Below, piece by piece: positions 28,720-37,931 of a DNA stretch of 40,589 nt. Position numbers and translations under genes: made by a program. Within the stretch, counting starts at the first letter, position 1. The number at the start of each line of letters is the position of its first letter. Under the pieces are notes generated by a model that was not told where the DNA came from, searched no databases, and worked only from the letters and a program-made list of their open reading frames with translations. Source of the DNA: a virus; the UHGV virus genome UHGV-0397188; one strand, written 5' to 3'.

Positions 28720-28942
28720 CATGGAAGAATTAAAGAAATGCCCGTTTTGTGGTGGAGAAGCAAGAATAAAAATGGAAAGAAAAAATAATGTTGGTTGGAC
28801 TATTTGGTGTGAATGCAAAAAATGTTATGCAAAAGCAGAAGGATATTGTCCTAGTATGCAAAATGCAGACAACGCACTAAATAGTATTAATACTTGCAAA
28901 ATAAATGCAATCGAAGCATGGAATAGGAGATGGAATAAATGA
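28712..28942 (+). CDS. Lar-family restriction alleviation protein
   Basis: 'KKCPFCGGEARIKME...WTIWCECKKCYA' matches the Lar-family pattern. Confidence 0.55.
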   Translation: MSNMEELKKCPFCGGEARIKMERKNNVGWTIWCECKKCYAKAEGYCPSMQNADNALNSINTCKINAIEAWNRRWNK

Positions 28943-29262
28943 AATACAAAATAGGTCAAATCCTAACATCAAATTGTGATATAGAAGTAGAGAAGATGTT
29001 TGGAGAAAAAGTAATTATTCCAAAAGGGAATAAAATAATTATTGGAGCTGACGAATTTGCACATCATTTAAAAGATGGAATGATTCAACCTTTACAGAAA
29101 GATACTATTGTCGAAGAATATGATACAGAGGGAATAGCAGAATACTTAATGAAAAAACTGTCTGAAGTATTTCCATTAGAAGAAATGCTTGAAGATTATG
29201 GTATTGAAAAAGAAGAATTTGAAGAAGAAATTGGTTTTTTCTTAGATGATATAGGATTTTAG
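28939..29262 (+). CDS. hypothetical acidic protein
   Basis: Coupled start; 107 aa. Confidence 0.35.
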   Translation: MKYKIGQILTSNCDIEVEKMFGEKVIIPKGNKIIIGADEFAHHLKDGMIQPLQKDTIVEEYDTEGIAEYLMKKLSEVFPLEEMLEDYGIEKEEFEEEIGFFLDDIGF

Positions 29263-29274
29263 GAGAGTGGAATA

Positions 29275-29760
29275 ATGGAGAACGTACTAGAGAAGATCTT
29301 GGAAGAGATAAAAGAAGCATTTGACGAAAACATAGACGACATAGAAGATTCAGCAGGCATTCATCATTTTGCGATAGATAGTTTTACTGCATGGTATATT
29401 GCAAGAAAAATCATCCGTTCTCACATGGACGATGTTCCGAAGTGCGGAGAATGCAGCAGAAAAAAGTTGTATCAGATCGGATATGAAGACGGGAAGAAAG
29501 ATAAAGACTGGATTTCAGTAGAAGATAGATTGCCAGAAGATGATGATATGAGATTCTATATGTGTATTGTCGAAAATCACGAAGAGGATTTGCCGATGTT
29601 CTGCCAGTATGATAGTGAATATGGATTTGGATTTTGGCATGATATTTACGATTCGACAAGTTTAGGATTCGTTGATACGGTGTTTGAAACAAATGATGAA
29701 TTGGGGTATGAAAAGGTTGTAGCATGGCAGCCACTACCAGAACCTATGAGAAAGGAATAA
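29275..29760 (+). CDS. DUF551-like phage protein
   Basis: The 'WISVEDRLPEDD' motif is typical of DUF551. Confidence 0.45.
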   Translation: MENVLEKILEEIKEAFDENIDDIEDSAGIHHFAIDSFTAWYIARKIIRSHMDDVPKCGECSRKKLYQIGYEDGKKDKDWISVEDRLPEDDDMRFYMCIVENHEEDLPMFCQYDSEYGFGFWHDIYDSTSLGFVDTVFETNDELGYEKVVAWQPLPEPMRKE

Positions 29761-29762
29761 CG

Positions 29763-29924
29763 ATGGACATTATAATCACAATCGCATTCCTAGCCCTGTA
29801 TTACATCCTGGGGCTGGGAACCGTGATTACTTTAAAAACAGGAATCGAAGAGGAAGTAGAACTTGAAGGAGCAGATTACCTTCTGGCTGGAGGATTCCCA
29901 ATACTGCTATTTGTGGTTTTTTAG
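29763..29924 (+). CDS. small membrane peptide
   Basis: Internal ATG of ORF 29724..29924; TM helix. Confidence 0.3.
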   Translation: MDIIITIAFLALYYILGLGTVITLKTGIEEEVELEGADYLLAGGFPILLFVVF

Positions 29925-29959
29925 ATTGGATAGCGCGGAAGATAGTGAGGTAAGAAAAT

Positions 29960-30547
29960 ATGAGAAAATTTAACTGGGATGAATTTAAAAATAAAGACAA
30001 TAAGATTGCAGTGCGCTGCAAGACCGAGGAAGAGGCGAAAGACTTATGCAAGCAGATGCACGAACATGGAATGAAGTGGTGTAACGGAGAAAGTTATTTG
30101 AAAAATACAAATTATAATGTGCACGAAGGAACGTGTTATTACGGAGGCGGAGAATATTCGACTTGTGATTTTGCAGAAAAGTACAATTATAAAATCTTGG
30201 AATGGAGTGATTACATGCAGAAAGAATTTGCGAAAGCGGATTTAAAAGACGGAATGGTAGTGGAATACAGAGATGGAGATAGAAGATTAGTAATTGATAA
30301 ATATTTGATCGGGAAGAAAGCTCATTATGAGTTAAGCACATACAACGAAAACTTGGAAGACGGATATCCTGGATTGACTATCATGAAGGTATTCAAGATT
30401 CGCCAAAGAGCAATTTTAGAGAGGATATTAGACGATGATAATCTCGAACTCATCTGGGAACGCACCGAGCCGAAGAAAATGACCGTGGAAGAAATGCGAC
30501 AAAAGCTTGAAGAGCTGACAGGAGAGGAAATTGAGGTAACGGAATGA
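29960..30547 (+). CDS. hypothetical protein
   Basis: 195 aa; GGTAAGAAAATATG RBS. Confidence 0.4.
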   Translation: MRKFNWDEFKNKDNKIAVRCKTEEEAKDLCKQMHEHGMKWCNGESYLKNTNYNVHEGTCYYGGGEYSTCDFAEKYNYKILEWSDYMQKEFAKADLKDGMVVEYRDGDRRLVIDKYLIGKKAHYELSTYNENLEDGYPGLTIMKVFKIRQRAILERILDDDNLELIWERTEPKKMTVEEMRQKLEELTGEEIEVTE

Positions 30548-30584
30548 ACAGGGAAACCATGAGACGCAGGAAGGAGAAGAGAAA

Positions 30585-31028
30585 ATGCTAATTGAAGATA
30601 AAGTGCAGATAGAAGCAGTGAAAACAAGATCGTATATGATGGGCGAGATAGACGGAAAAGTGATGATTACGCAAGGTAGATATATTGTATTTGTGAAGAA
30701 AGAAGATTTCTTGCTCGACATAGATAAGCAGAAGAAATTGCCAGAAGATGGGGTGAAACATTTTTCCACAGAAAATATTCAGAGCCAAATGAGGGCGGCC
30801 AAGTTGTCAAACAGAATGCTTACAACTGGCAAAAGCATTCTGAGAGCAATAAGAGACGAGACAACAGGGGAATACGCTTGGTTTGATAATAAATATTTGA
30901 AAATGTTTGACGGATGCACGCCAAATCTTATTAAATACCAAGGAAACTCTGAATACTACGATGCCGTGTTTACACGCTACGGAGAAATAATAGGCATCAT
31001 ACTTCCTGTGAGGGTGAGTGAATGGTGA
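30585..31028 (+). CDS. hypothetical protein
   Basis: GGAGAAGAGAAAATG RBS; 147 aa. Confidence 0.4.
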   Translation: MLIEDKVQIEAVKTRSYMMGEIDGKVMITQGRYIVFVKKEDFLLDIDKQKKLPEDGVKHFSTENIQSQMRAAKLSNRMLTTGKSILRAIRDETTGEYAWFDNKYLKMFDGCTPNLIKYQGNSEYYDAVFTRYGEIIGIILPVRVSEW

Positions 31029-31064
31029 TAATAAGCTAGATGCAGAAAGGAGACAGCGGACATC

Positions 31065-31274
31065 ATGAAGAAAATAGAAGCATACACTATGGCAACGAGA
31101 AAGCCCTGTGAGACCGCTTTAAAGCAACAGGAGCATAAAGCCTTTGCCTGTGATTTTAAAAGCCGTGAGAGGACGAATAAGGACGCTGTGGAGTACATAG
31201 CAGAGAAATACAACATAAAAGATCCTGTTCCGGGAGGTGATAGAGTTGGACAAGAAAACACTGAAAAAGTATAG
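31065..31274 (+). CDS. hypothetical protein
   Basis: GGAGACAGCGGACATCATG RBS; 69 aa. Confidence 0.35.
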   Translation: MKKIEAYTMATRKPCETALKQQEHKAFACDFKSRERTNKDAVEYIAEKYNIKDPVPGGDRVGQENTEKV

Positions 31275-31659
31275 ACCGAACAAAGATAGACTTATCCGGA
31301 TTGAGAACCAGATACAAGAACTCAGTGAACGGGAATCGACTGTTGTCATGGGGAAGGTAACGGGATCTAGCGCAGATTTTCCGTACACCGAAGTGAGAAC
31401 ATCTGTACAAATGTATGATCCTTACGAGGAAGAGAATATAAGACGTCAGATCAGAAGAAAAGAAGCGGACAGGCTGCGGATTCTGAAAGAGCAAAAAGAA
31501 GTCGAGGACTACATAAATGGGATTGATGATCCGGAGATTAAGGAGATATTCGAGTTGCACTATCTTGAGGGGAAAACCCAGCAAAAAGTCGCAGATGAAA
31601 TTGGATATACCCAGGCGCGAGTATCGCAGATTATAAGCGCACAGCTTAAAGATTTATAG
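31246..31659 (+). CDS. ArpU-family / sigma-70 region-4-like late transcriptional regulator
   Basis: C-terminal 'ELHYLEGKTQQKVADEIGYTQARVSQI' is a sigma region-4 HTH. About 140 aa directly upstream of terS, which is the classical ArpU position. Likely a TTG start after GGGAGGTG. Confidence 0.55.
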   Translation: MDKKTLKKYRPNKDRLIRIENQIQELSERESTVVMGKVTGSSADFPYTEVRTSVQMYDPYEEENIRRQIRRKEADRLRILKEQKEVEDYINGIDDPEIKEIFELHYLEGKTQQKVADEIGYTQARVSQIISAQLKDL

Positions 31660-31740
31660 CATTTATATTTTACTTATGCTATAATTATTCTAGAACGATT
31701 GTATATTGTTCTAAAACAATCTTTCCAAACATTCAGAACA

Positions 31741-31780
31741 CCGCCGGACTTTTACCCTTTCTTGTCTGGCGGTGTTTTTA
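31741..31780 (+). terminator. rho-independent terminator (ccgccgga ... tctggcgg then TTTTT)
   Basis: 8-bp stem including one G·T pair, followed by a T-run. Confidence 0.5.
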
Positions 31781-31781
31781 T

Positions 31782-31897
31782 GCCGTGGTCAGTTGGGACA
31801 AGCAGGTTCGATCCCTGCACACGGTTTTGTGATGTAAGGTTTGCGGCTTACCAGCTGGGGGTTGCTGTGGGAGTGCACACCGGCTTTACATCACAAA
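31782..31897 (+). ncRNA. candidate structured non-coding RNA: a tRNA-like minihelix (acceptor stem plus T-arm, no anticodon arm) followed by a long perfect hairpin
   Basis: gcagg TTCGATC cctgc T-arm (31802..31818) flanked by ccgtg/cacgg; 12-bp stem tttgtgatgtaa / ttacatcacaaa (31826..31897). Confidence 0.3.
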
Positions 31898-32019
31898 TGG
31901 TACCAAAACGCAGATATCCGCAGATCTGCAAAACAAACAAAAATAGATTCAGCAATCTATATTTAGTGTCAGTACCCGAGTGCGGATAGGGTAAAGGGTG
32001 TCAATAAAAGGCATCCTAC

Positions 32020-32092
32020 GGGTGTATAGCTCAATTGGTAGAGCAATCGGCTGTTAACCGATGTGTCGTAGGTTCGAGTCCTGCTATACCCG
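32020..32092 (+). tRNA. tRNA-Asn (anticodon GUU)
   Basis: Manual fold: acceptor GGGTGTA/TATACCC, D-arm GCTC-AATTGGTA-GAGC, anticodon stem ATCGG/CCGAT with loop CTGTTAA, T-arm GTAGG-TTCGAGT-CCTGC, discriminator G; 73 nt; no encoded CCA. Confidence 0.8.
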
Positions 32093-32253
32093 TTGTGGAC
32101 TACTGCAAGTTACTCCTTTTTCCTATAAATTTTGATTGTGTACTTGGTTATTTTGGTTTTGTTGCTGTTATAATTCTTTCATTTTGCAGTAGTCCTAAAT
32201 TCTTAGCATCCAGAGATGGGTGCTTTTATTATGCTTAAAAGGTGGTGAGTCCT

Positions 32254-32823
32254 ATGACAGAAAAACAGAAAATATTTGCAGATGAGTACTTGATTGATCT
32301 AAATGCCACACGGGCTTACCGCGCGGCGTATCCGAATTGCAAAAAAGATAGTTCGGCAGATGCAGCAGCGAGAAAATTACTCGGAAATACTCGGATTCAA
32401 ACATATATCACAGAACGAATGGAAGAACGGCAGAAACGAACGGAGATCACCCAGGACATGGTGCTACAGGAACTAGCTGCGATTGCTTTTTCCAAGGCTT
32501 CTGACTACGCGAAAGTAGTTGAGAAACAGGCTACAGCAGAAGTAGATGGAAATATTATTCCACTCGTAGGAGAGGACGGAGAACCGATTCTGTATCGGAC
32601 CGTAGAATTGGAACTTACAGATAACCTTACGGAGGAACAGCAGCGAGCCCTCGGAACGATTAAAAAGGGGCGCGATGGATTGGAACAGAAGCCCTGCGAC
32701 AAGGTAAAGGCGCTTGAGCTTCTCGGCAGACATTTAGGTATGTGGAATGACAAGCTGGATGTAGCAGGAGATATGGACATGAAGATTGTAGTAGACTATG
32801 GTGATGAGGATGAAGAAAGTTAA
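32254..32823 (+). CDS. terminase small subunit
   Basis: 'KIFADEYLIDLNATRAYRAAYPNCK' is typical of terS; AAAAGGTGGTGAG RBS; precedes terL. Confidence 0.75.
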   Translation: MTEKQKIFADEYLIDLNATRAYRAAYPNCKKDSSADAAARKLLGNTRIQTYITERMEERQKRTEITQDMVLQELAAIAFSKASDYAKVVEKQATAEVDGNIIPLVGEDGEPILYRTVELELTDNLTEEQQRALGTIKKGRDGLEQKPCDKVKALELLGRHLGMWNDKLDVAGDMDMKIVVDYGDEDEES

Positions 32824-34066
32824 TGTTGGATTTAACAGAAATTTCAAAGAGTTTAATGAGTGCAAGAAACGATATCGACTGGCAAAAGGCTCTGCCGGAT
32901 CCGGAAAGTCGGTAAACATTGCACAGAATTTTATCATCAAACTTGGTGATCCGAAGTACAAAGGTGCGAATCTTCTGTGCGTCCGGAAAGTAGACACAAC
33001 AAACAAAGATAGTACTTATGCGGAGTTGAAGAGTGCAATATACAAGATATACGGGGATAAAGCGGGATTATTCTGGCAGATCAGAAGCAATCCAATGGAG
33101 CTGATCTCTAAAGTAACTGGAAATAAAGTGATTTTTCGAGGAATGAAAGACGATGGACAGCGAGAAAAAGTAAAGTCCATCACATTCGATGTCGGAAAAT
33201 TAACATGGATATGGATTGAAGAAGCAACGGAGCTATATGAAGCGGATGTCGATATTCTCGATGACCGACTCAGAGGTGACTTGTCATTCAATCCATTTTT
33301 GTATTATCAGATCACGTTCAGCTTCAATCCGGTGTCAGCAACGCACTGGTTAAAAGCAAAATATTTCGACATAAAAAGTGATGATGTATACACACACCAG
33401 TCTACGTACCTGCAGAACCGGTTCATAGATGAAGCGTATCACCGGCGCATGATGATGCGTAAAGAACGGGATCCTGATGGATATCGGATTTATGGACTCG
33501 GTGAATGGGGAGAAACTGGCGGTCTGATTCTTACAAATTATGTGGTCGAGGAATTCAACACATCTTCTGATCGATTTGATTACATGGTAAATTCACAGGA
33601 TTTTGGATTCAACCATGCGAACTGTATCGGGGAGATTGGATTCAAGGATGGAGATATCTACTTATGCCGGGAATTGTATGTATTTGAAAAAGATACGTCC
33701 GAAATCATACAGCTGGCTGAGGGAAAATTCCAGAAGCGAATTACCATGTATTGCGATTCTGCCGAGCCAGACAGGATTAAGATGTGGCAGAAAGCAGGAT
33801 ACAGAGCATGTCCGGTCAAGAAAGAGCCGAACAGTGTAAAAGCGCAGATTGATTATTTGAAGCAGCATACCATACATATCCATCCGTCTTGCGTAAACAC
33901 GACTAAGGAGATTCAGCAGTGGAAATGGAAAAAGGATGAGAAAACGAACACATTCACGGATGAGCCAGTGAATTTCTTTGATGATGCAATGGCGATGCTC
34001 AGGTATTCTATTGAGCAAGAGAGAAAAGGTAAGGTGAAGTTAAAGACCTTTAGAGGAGGAATATAA
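32798..34066 (+). CDS. terminase large subunit (PBSX/Terminase_3 family)
   Basis: Walker A 'GSAGSGKS'; a nuclease-domain acidic residue pattern; 422 aa; overlaps terS. Confidence 0.85.
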   Translation: MVMRMKKVNVGFNRNFKEFNECKKRYRLAKGSAGSGKSVNIAQNFIIKLGDPKYKGANLLCVRKVDTTNKDSTYAELKSAIYKIYGDKAGLFWQIRSNPMELISKVTGNKVIFRGMKDDGQREKVKSITFDVGKLTWIWIEEATELYEADVDILDDRLRGDLSFNPFLYYQITFSFNPVSATHWLKAKYFDIKSDDVYTHQSTYLQNRFIDEAYHRRMMMRKERDPDGYRIYGLGEWGETGGLILTNYVVEEFNTSSDRFDYMVNSQDFGFNHANCIGEIGFKDGDIYLCRELYVFEKDTSEIIQLAEGKFQKRITMYCDSAEPDRIKMWQKAGYRACPVKKEPNSVKAQIDYLKQHTIHIHPSCVNTTKEIQQWKWKKDEKTNTFTDEPVNFFDDAMAMLRYSIEQERKGKVKLKTFRGGI

Positions 34067-34067
34067 A

Positions 34068-35426
34068 ATGAATGGGAAAAGACCATACAGATTGCCGGAA
34101 CCGCTTTTATGTTCCGCTGATAAAGAAATCAATATGACATTGATAGACGAATACATTAGAAAGCATGAAGAACGAATGCCAAGGTACAGATACCTTGAGA
34201 ATCTATACAAAGGATTCCATGATGTATTCCGTCTTCCGGAAAAGGAGTCATGGAAGCCGGATAACCGACTGGCAGTGAATTTCCCAAGGTATATCACAGA
34301 GACCTTTTTGGGATATGCCTATGGGATTCCAGTTAAAAAATCACATCCAGACGAAAAAATAAAAGATGCGATCCTTGAATTTGACCGGGATAATGATATC
34401 TCTGACCAGGAATATGAGTTGGCGAAGAAGTGCTGTATCTACGGACATGCATTCGAGTATTTTTACCAGGACGAAGAAGCAAAGACAAAGACAGTAGTCT
34501 GCAATCCAAAAGAACTGTTTGTTGTCTACGATGATACCGTAAAGAGCCGCGCTCTATTTGCTGTCAGATATGGGAAAAAAGACGATAATGTCACAAGGTA
34601 TGGCGAGATACTTACAAGGACAGAAATTATCCCATTTGACGGAGAAAAGATGCAGGAGGGAATGCCGAACCCATATGGTCGCATCAACTGTGTTGAATAT
34701 GTACTGAACGATGAGAGAATCGGTCTGTATGAAGAAGTTGCCGGCATGGTAGAAACATACAACCGAGTGATCGGAGAAAAGGCGAATGATGTAGATTCTT
34801 TCGCAGAAGCGTATCTTGCAGTGCTGGGCGCCGAACTGGACGAGGAAGGCGTTTATAAAATTCGCGACAACCGGATTATAAACCTTTATGGTACAGACAA
34901 TGCAAAAGATATTATCGTGCAGTTTCTTGGCAAACCTACGGCAGACGGAACACAGGAAAATCTTTTGAATCGGCTCGAGGATTTGATTTATCAGACAAGT
35001 ATGGTAGCGAATATCTCAGACGAATCGTTTGGAAATGCCTCCGGAACTTCTCTCGCATACAAATTACAGTCCATGAGCAATCTTGCACTAACATTTGACC
35101 GTAAAGTTGAAAAGTCCATGAGGAAACGATATAAGCTGTTTTGCTCCCTTGCAACGAATGTGTCAGATCGGGACGCATGGAAAGATATTGATTTTACAAT
35201 GAGCAGAAATATCCCAAAGAATCTCCTTGAAGAAGCGCAGACAGCACAGGCGCTTGAAAGCATCGTGTCCAAGGAAACGCAGCTGCAGGTCCTCTCGATC
35301 GTTAAGGATGTTTCAGAGGAGATAGATCGAATGGAGAAAGAGGAAGAAAAGAAGCAGCAAACAATCGTAGAGAAGCGGATGTTCGGAGGTGCGGCAGATG
35401 AGCAGCAGGACGTACTGGAAGAATAG
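34068..35426 (+). CDS. portal protein (SPP1 gp6 family)
   Basis: GAGGAGG RBS; 452 aa; follows terL; sequence resembles the SPP1 portal. Confidence 0.8.
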   Translation: MNGKRPYRLPEPLLCSADKEINMTLIDEYIRKHEERMPRYRYLENLYKGFHDVFRLPEKESWKPDNRLAVNFPRYITETFLGYAYGIPVKKSHPDEKIKDAILEFDRDNDISDQEYELAKKCCIYGHAFEYFYQDEEAKTKTVVCNPKELFVVYDDTVKSRALFAVRYGKKDDNVTRYGEILTRTEIIPFDGEKMQEGMPNPYGRINCVEYVLNDERIGLYEEVAGMVETYNRVIGEKANDVDSFAEAYLAVLGAELDEEGVYKIRDNRIINLYGTDNAKDIIVQFLGKPTADGTQENLLNRLEDLIYQTSMVANISDESFGNASGTSLAYKLQSMSNLALTFDRKVEKSMRKRYKLFCSLATNVSDRDAWKDIDFTMSRNIPKNLLEEAQTAQALESIVSKETQLQVLSIVKDVSEEIDRMEKEEEKKQQTIVEKRMFGGAADEQQDVLEE

Positions 35427-36678
35427 AGAGGAAGAACAGCGGAAGAAGAATATCAAGGACGAAGCTGAATACGCGAAAGAGATTGAGAAGATCTATGCGA
35501 ACATGATGGATGAAATCCAGAAAGAGATCAATGGATTTTACACGCGATATGCAAAAGCAGAGGGAATCACAATTGCAGAAGCGAAGAAGCGAGTATCCAA
35601 AATGGACATTGATGCGTACAGCCGGAAGGCGGAGCAGTATGTAAAGGATAAGGATTTTTCGAAGGAAGCCAATGAGGAAATGAGACTCTATAACGCAGCT
35701 ATGAAGATTAACCGGCTTGAAATGCTGAAAGCAAATATCGGAATGCATCTTGTCGGTGGATTTGATGAGCTTCAGAAGTATTTTGACCAGATCCTGACGG
35801 AGAAAACGCTGGAAGAATTTGAAAGGCAGGCTGGAATTCTTGGCAAATCCATTCAGAACAATGCGAAGATGGCACATGCAATTGCAAATGCTTCATTCCA
35901 CAATGCAAAATATTCGGACCGTATTTGGATGTATCAGGATATGCTTAAAGCCGAATTATCGAAACTCTTACAAACAGGTCTGATACAGGGAAAGAATCCA
36001 AGAGTATTGGCAAAACATCTTACCAAACTGTTTGGAGTAAGCCGGGAAAATGCAGAGCGACTGATGATAACGGAACTGTCAAGGGTGCAGGCAGAAGCGC
36101 AGAAACAGTCTTATATCCGCAATGGATTTGATGAGTATGAGTTTATCGCGGAGCCGACAGCCTGCCAGATCTGCAGGGCTTTAGACGGAAAACATTTCAA
36201 GGTATCGAAAATGATGCCCGGAGAAAATGCACATCCAATGCATCCACGCTGCCGGTGCAGTACAGCGGCATATACGGATGATAAAGAGTATCATGAGTGG
36301 CTGGACGGGTATTCTGAACATGGGATGAACTTTGAAACTTGGAAGAAGAGGGTTGAAAAGAAAACGGATTCTGGTATAATAAAGGCAGATAGAACAGTCA
36401 GCGGACATTCTGGTCCTCCTAAAATGGCAGAGGCGGGAATGGTAATAGATCACATTGGAAAAGATGGAAAAGTAGATGTAAGAGCTTTTTACGGAGAGTC
36501 AAAATTAAAATATAAAGATATCCATACAACTGCGCATGGGAATCCCAAGCAGCATCCTTATGGAGAACATGGGGAACACGTACATGATTATACATGGGGA
36601 GAAGACGGCAGACTGAAGGATAAGACAACTCGCGAATTAAGCGAAGAGGAAAGAAAGGAGAATGGGGATATATTATGA
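35398..36678 (+). CDS. head morphogenesis protein (SPP1 gp7 / Mu F-like)
   Basis: 'EPTACQICRALDGKHFKVSKMMPGENAHPMHPRCRC' is the conserved gp7-family core; ATG after GGAGGTG. Confidence 0.8.
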   Translation: MSSRTYWKNREEEQRKKNIKDEAEYAKEIEKIYANMMDEIQKEINGFYTRYAKAEGITIAEAKKRVSKMDIDAYSRKAEQYVKDKDFSKEANEEMRLYNAAMKINRLEMLKANIGMHLVGGFDELQKYFDQILTEKTLEEFERQAGILGKSIQNNAKMAHAIANASFHNAKYSDRIWMYQDMLKAELSKLLQTGLIQGKNPRVLAKHLTKLFGVSRENAERLMITELSRVQAEAQKQSYIRNGFDEYEFIAEPTACQICRALDGKHFKVSKMMPGENAHPMHPRCRCSTAAYTDDKEYHEWLDGYSEHGMNFETWKKRVEKKTDSGIIKADRTVSGHSGPPKMAEAGMVIDHIGKDGKVDVRAFYGESKLKYKDIHTTAHGNPKQHPYGEHGEHVHDYTWGEDGRLKDKTTRELSEEERKENGDIL

Positions 36679-36914
36679 ATAAAGATGAATTAAGACAAAT
36701 TTTATCTGAGTGTTGCAATGATATTTCTTTCTCTTACAGAGGATTGTCATCTGGAGTGACAGTTGAAGTTCATAATTATGTTCCGACATATCAAGTGTGG
36801 CATGGCGATGACGTGAAAGAGTATGATAATGTGGATAAAGTTATGAATGATAAATTTTATAGTGGAAAGTCGTTAAACGATCTAGTAAAAGAAGTAGAAA
36901 TTGAAGCAATGTAA
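36675..36914 (+). CDS. hypothetical protein (AT-rich moron within the head module)
   Basis: 79 aa; visibly lower GC than its neighbours; followed by a terminator. Confidence 0.4.
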   Translation: MNKDELRQILSECCNDISFSYRGLSSGVTVEVHNYVPTYQVWHGDDVKEYDNVDKVMNDKFYSGKSLNDLVKEVEIEAM

Positions 36915-36915
36915 T

Positions 36916-36947
36916 ACCATCGGTCGAGCGGGCTGATGGTATTTTTA
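36916..36947 (+). terminator. rho-independent terminator (accatc ... gatggt then TTTTT)
   Basis: 6-bp stem, 13-nt loop, T-run. Confidence 0.45.
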
Positions 36948-36971
36948 TGCGCATTTTGGAGGTGATGTAAT

Positions 36972-37259
36972 TTGATTGAGGTGAGAATCCGTCCAGAGCG
37001 AATTGAAATCTCTGGACACGCCGGGTACACAGAACCTGGAAAAGACATTGTTTGTGCTGGCGTTACGGCGCTTACGCAGACGCTGATCCAGTCGATTGAT
37101 GACTTAACGGATGATGAAATAGAATACAGAATATCTCCCGGAAAGGCTGAGATAGAATACAGGAATCTGTCAGAGAAATCAAAAACTCTGGTGGATTCCT
37201 TTTTCGTTGGCATTCGCTTGATTGCCGATGAGTTTCCGGATTATGTAGCAATTATGTAA
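36972..37259 (+). CDS. Prp-family cysteine protease (ribosomal-processing protease homolog)
   Basis: 'IEISGHAGYTEPGKDIVCAGVTALTQT' carries the Prp catalytic His and Cys signature; TTG start after GGAGGTG. Confidence 0.7.
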   Translation: MIEVRIRPERIEISGHAGYTEPGKDIVCAGVTALTQTLIQSIDDLTDDEIEYRISPGKAEIEYRNLSEKSKTLVDSFFVGIRLIADEFPDYVAIM

Positions 37260-37342
37260 TTCGCGCCCAAGTCTTGAAGGCGTAAAAAGCTAGGGGAAAG
37301 GACCATGAAGAATGTCATTAAACTTTTAGGAGGTAAAGAAAA

Positions 37343-37918
37343 ATGAAGAGCAGGATGTTTAGAATGCTGCAGTTATTTGCAGAAGAAACCGTAGATCACA
37401 CAGCAGAACCTGATGCGGTGAAAGATAGTGTTAATCCGGAAAACACATCTGATGATAGCGGGGAAGAAAAAAAGTACACAGACAAGGATGTGGATGCGAT
37501 TGTAAACAAAAGATTCGCAAAATGGAAAACTGAGCAGGAACAGGCGGTAAAGAGTGCTAAGGAAGAGGCAGAAAAGCTGGCAAAAATGAATGCTGAGCAG
37601 AAACAGAATTACGAGATCGAGAAGTTGCAAAAAGAGAATGAAAAACTGAAGCAGGAGGCTGCAAAGGTTGAGCTTAGCAGAAGCGCCACAGGCATTCTTG
37701 CAGAAAAAGGAATTGAAGCAACGCAGGATGTTCTTGATTTTGTTGTAGGGAATGACGCTGATGATACGAATGCAAAAATTGATAAGCTTGTAAAAATCGT
37801 GGAATACCAGCTTAAGAAAGCCGAGATCGCCAGAGCAACCGGAACTACACCAAAAACCATGACGAACTCAGGAAGCCAGTTGTCTGAATTTGAAAAGAGA
37901 CTTGCAAAGTATAAATAA
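37343..37918 (+). CDS. scaffolding protein with an N-terminal Prp-cleavable leader (MKSRMFRMLQLFA|EE)
   Basis: Coiled-coil, acidic, immediately upstream of the capsid gene; GGAGGTAAAGAAAAATG RBS. Confidence 0.7.
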   Translation: MKSRMFRMLQLFAEETVDHTAEPDAVKDSVNPENTSDDSGEEKKYTDKDVDAIVNKRFAKWKTEQEQAVKSAKEEAEKLAKMNAEQKQNYEIEKLQKENEKLKQEAAKVELSRSATGILAEKGIEATQDVLDFVVGNDADDTNAKIDKLVKIVEYQLKKAEIARATGTTPKTMTNSGSQLSEFEKRLAKYK

Positions 37919-37931
37919 GGAGAATGTGAAG

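Noticed and set aside
31699-32238. ORFs 31699..31989 and 32035..32238
   Set aside because: They overlap the structured non-coding region and the tRNA-Asn gene. No RBS. Composition is RNA-like.
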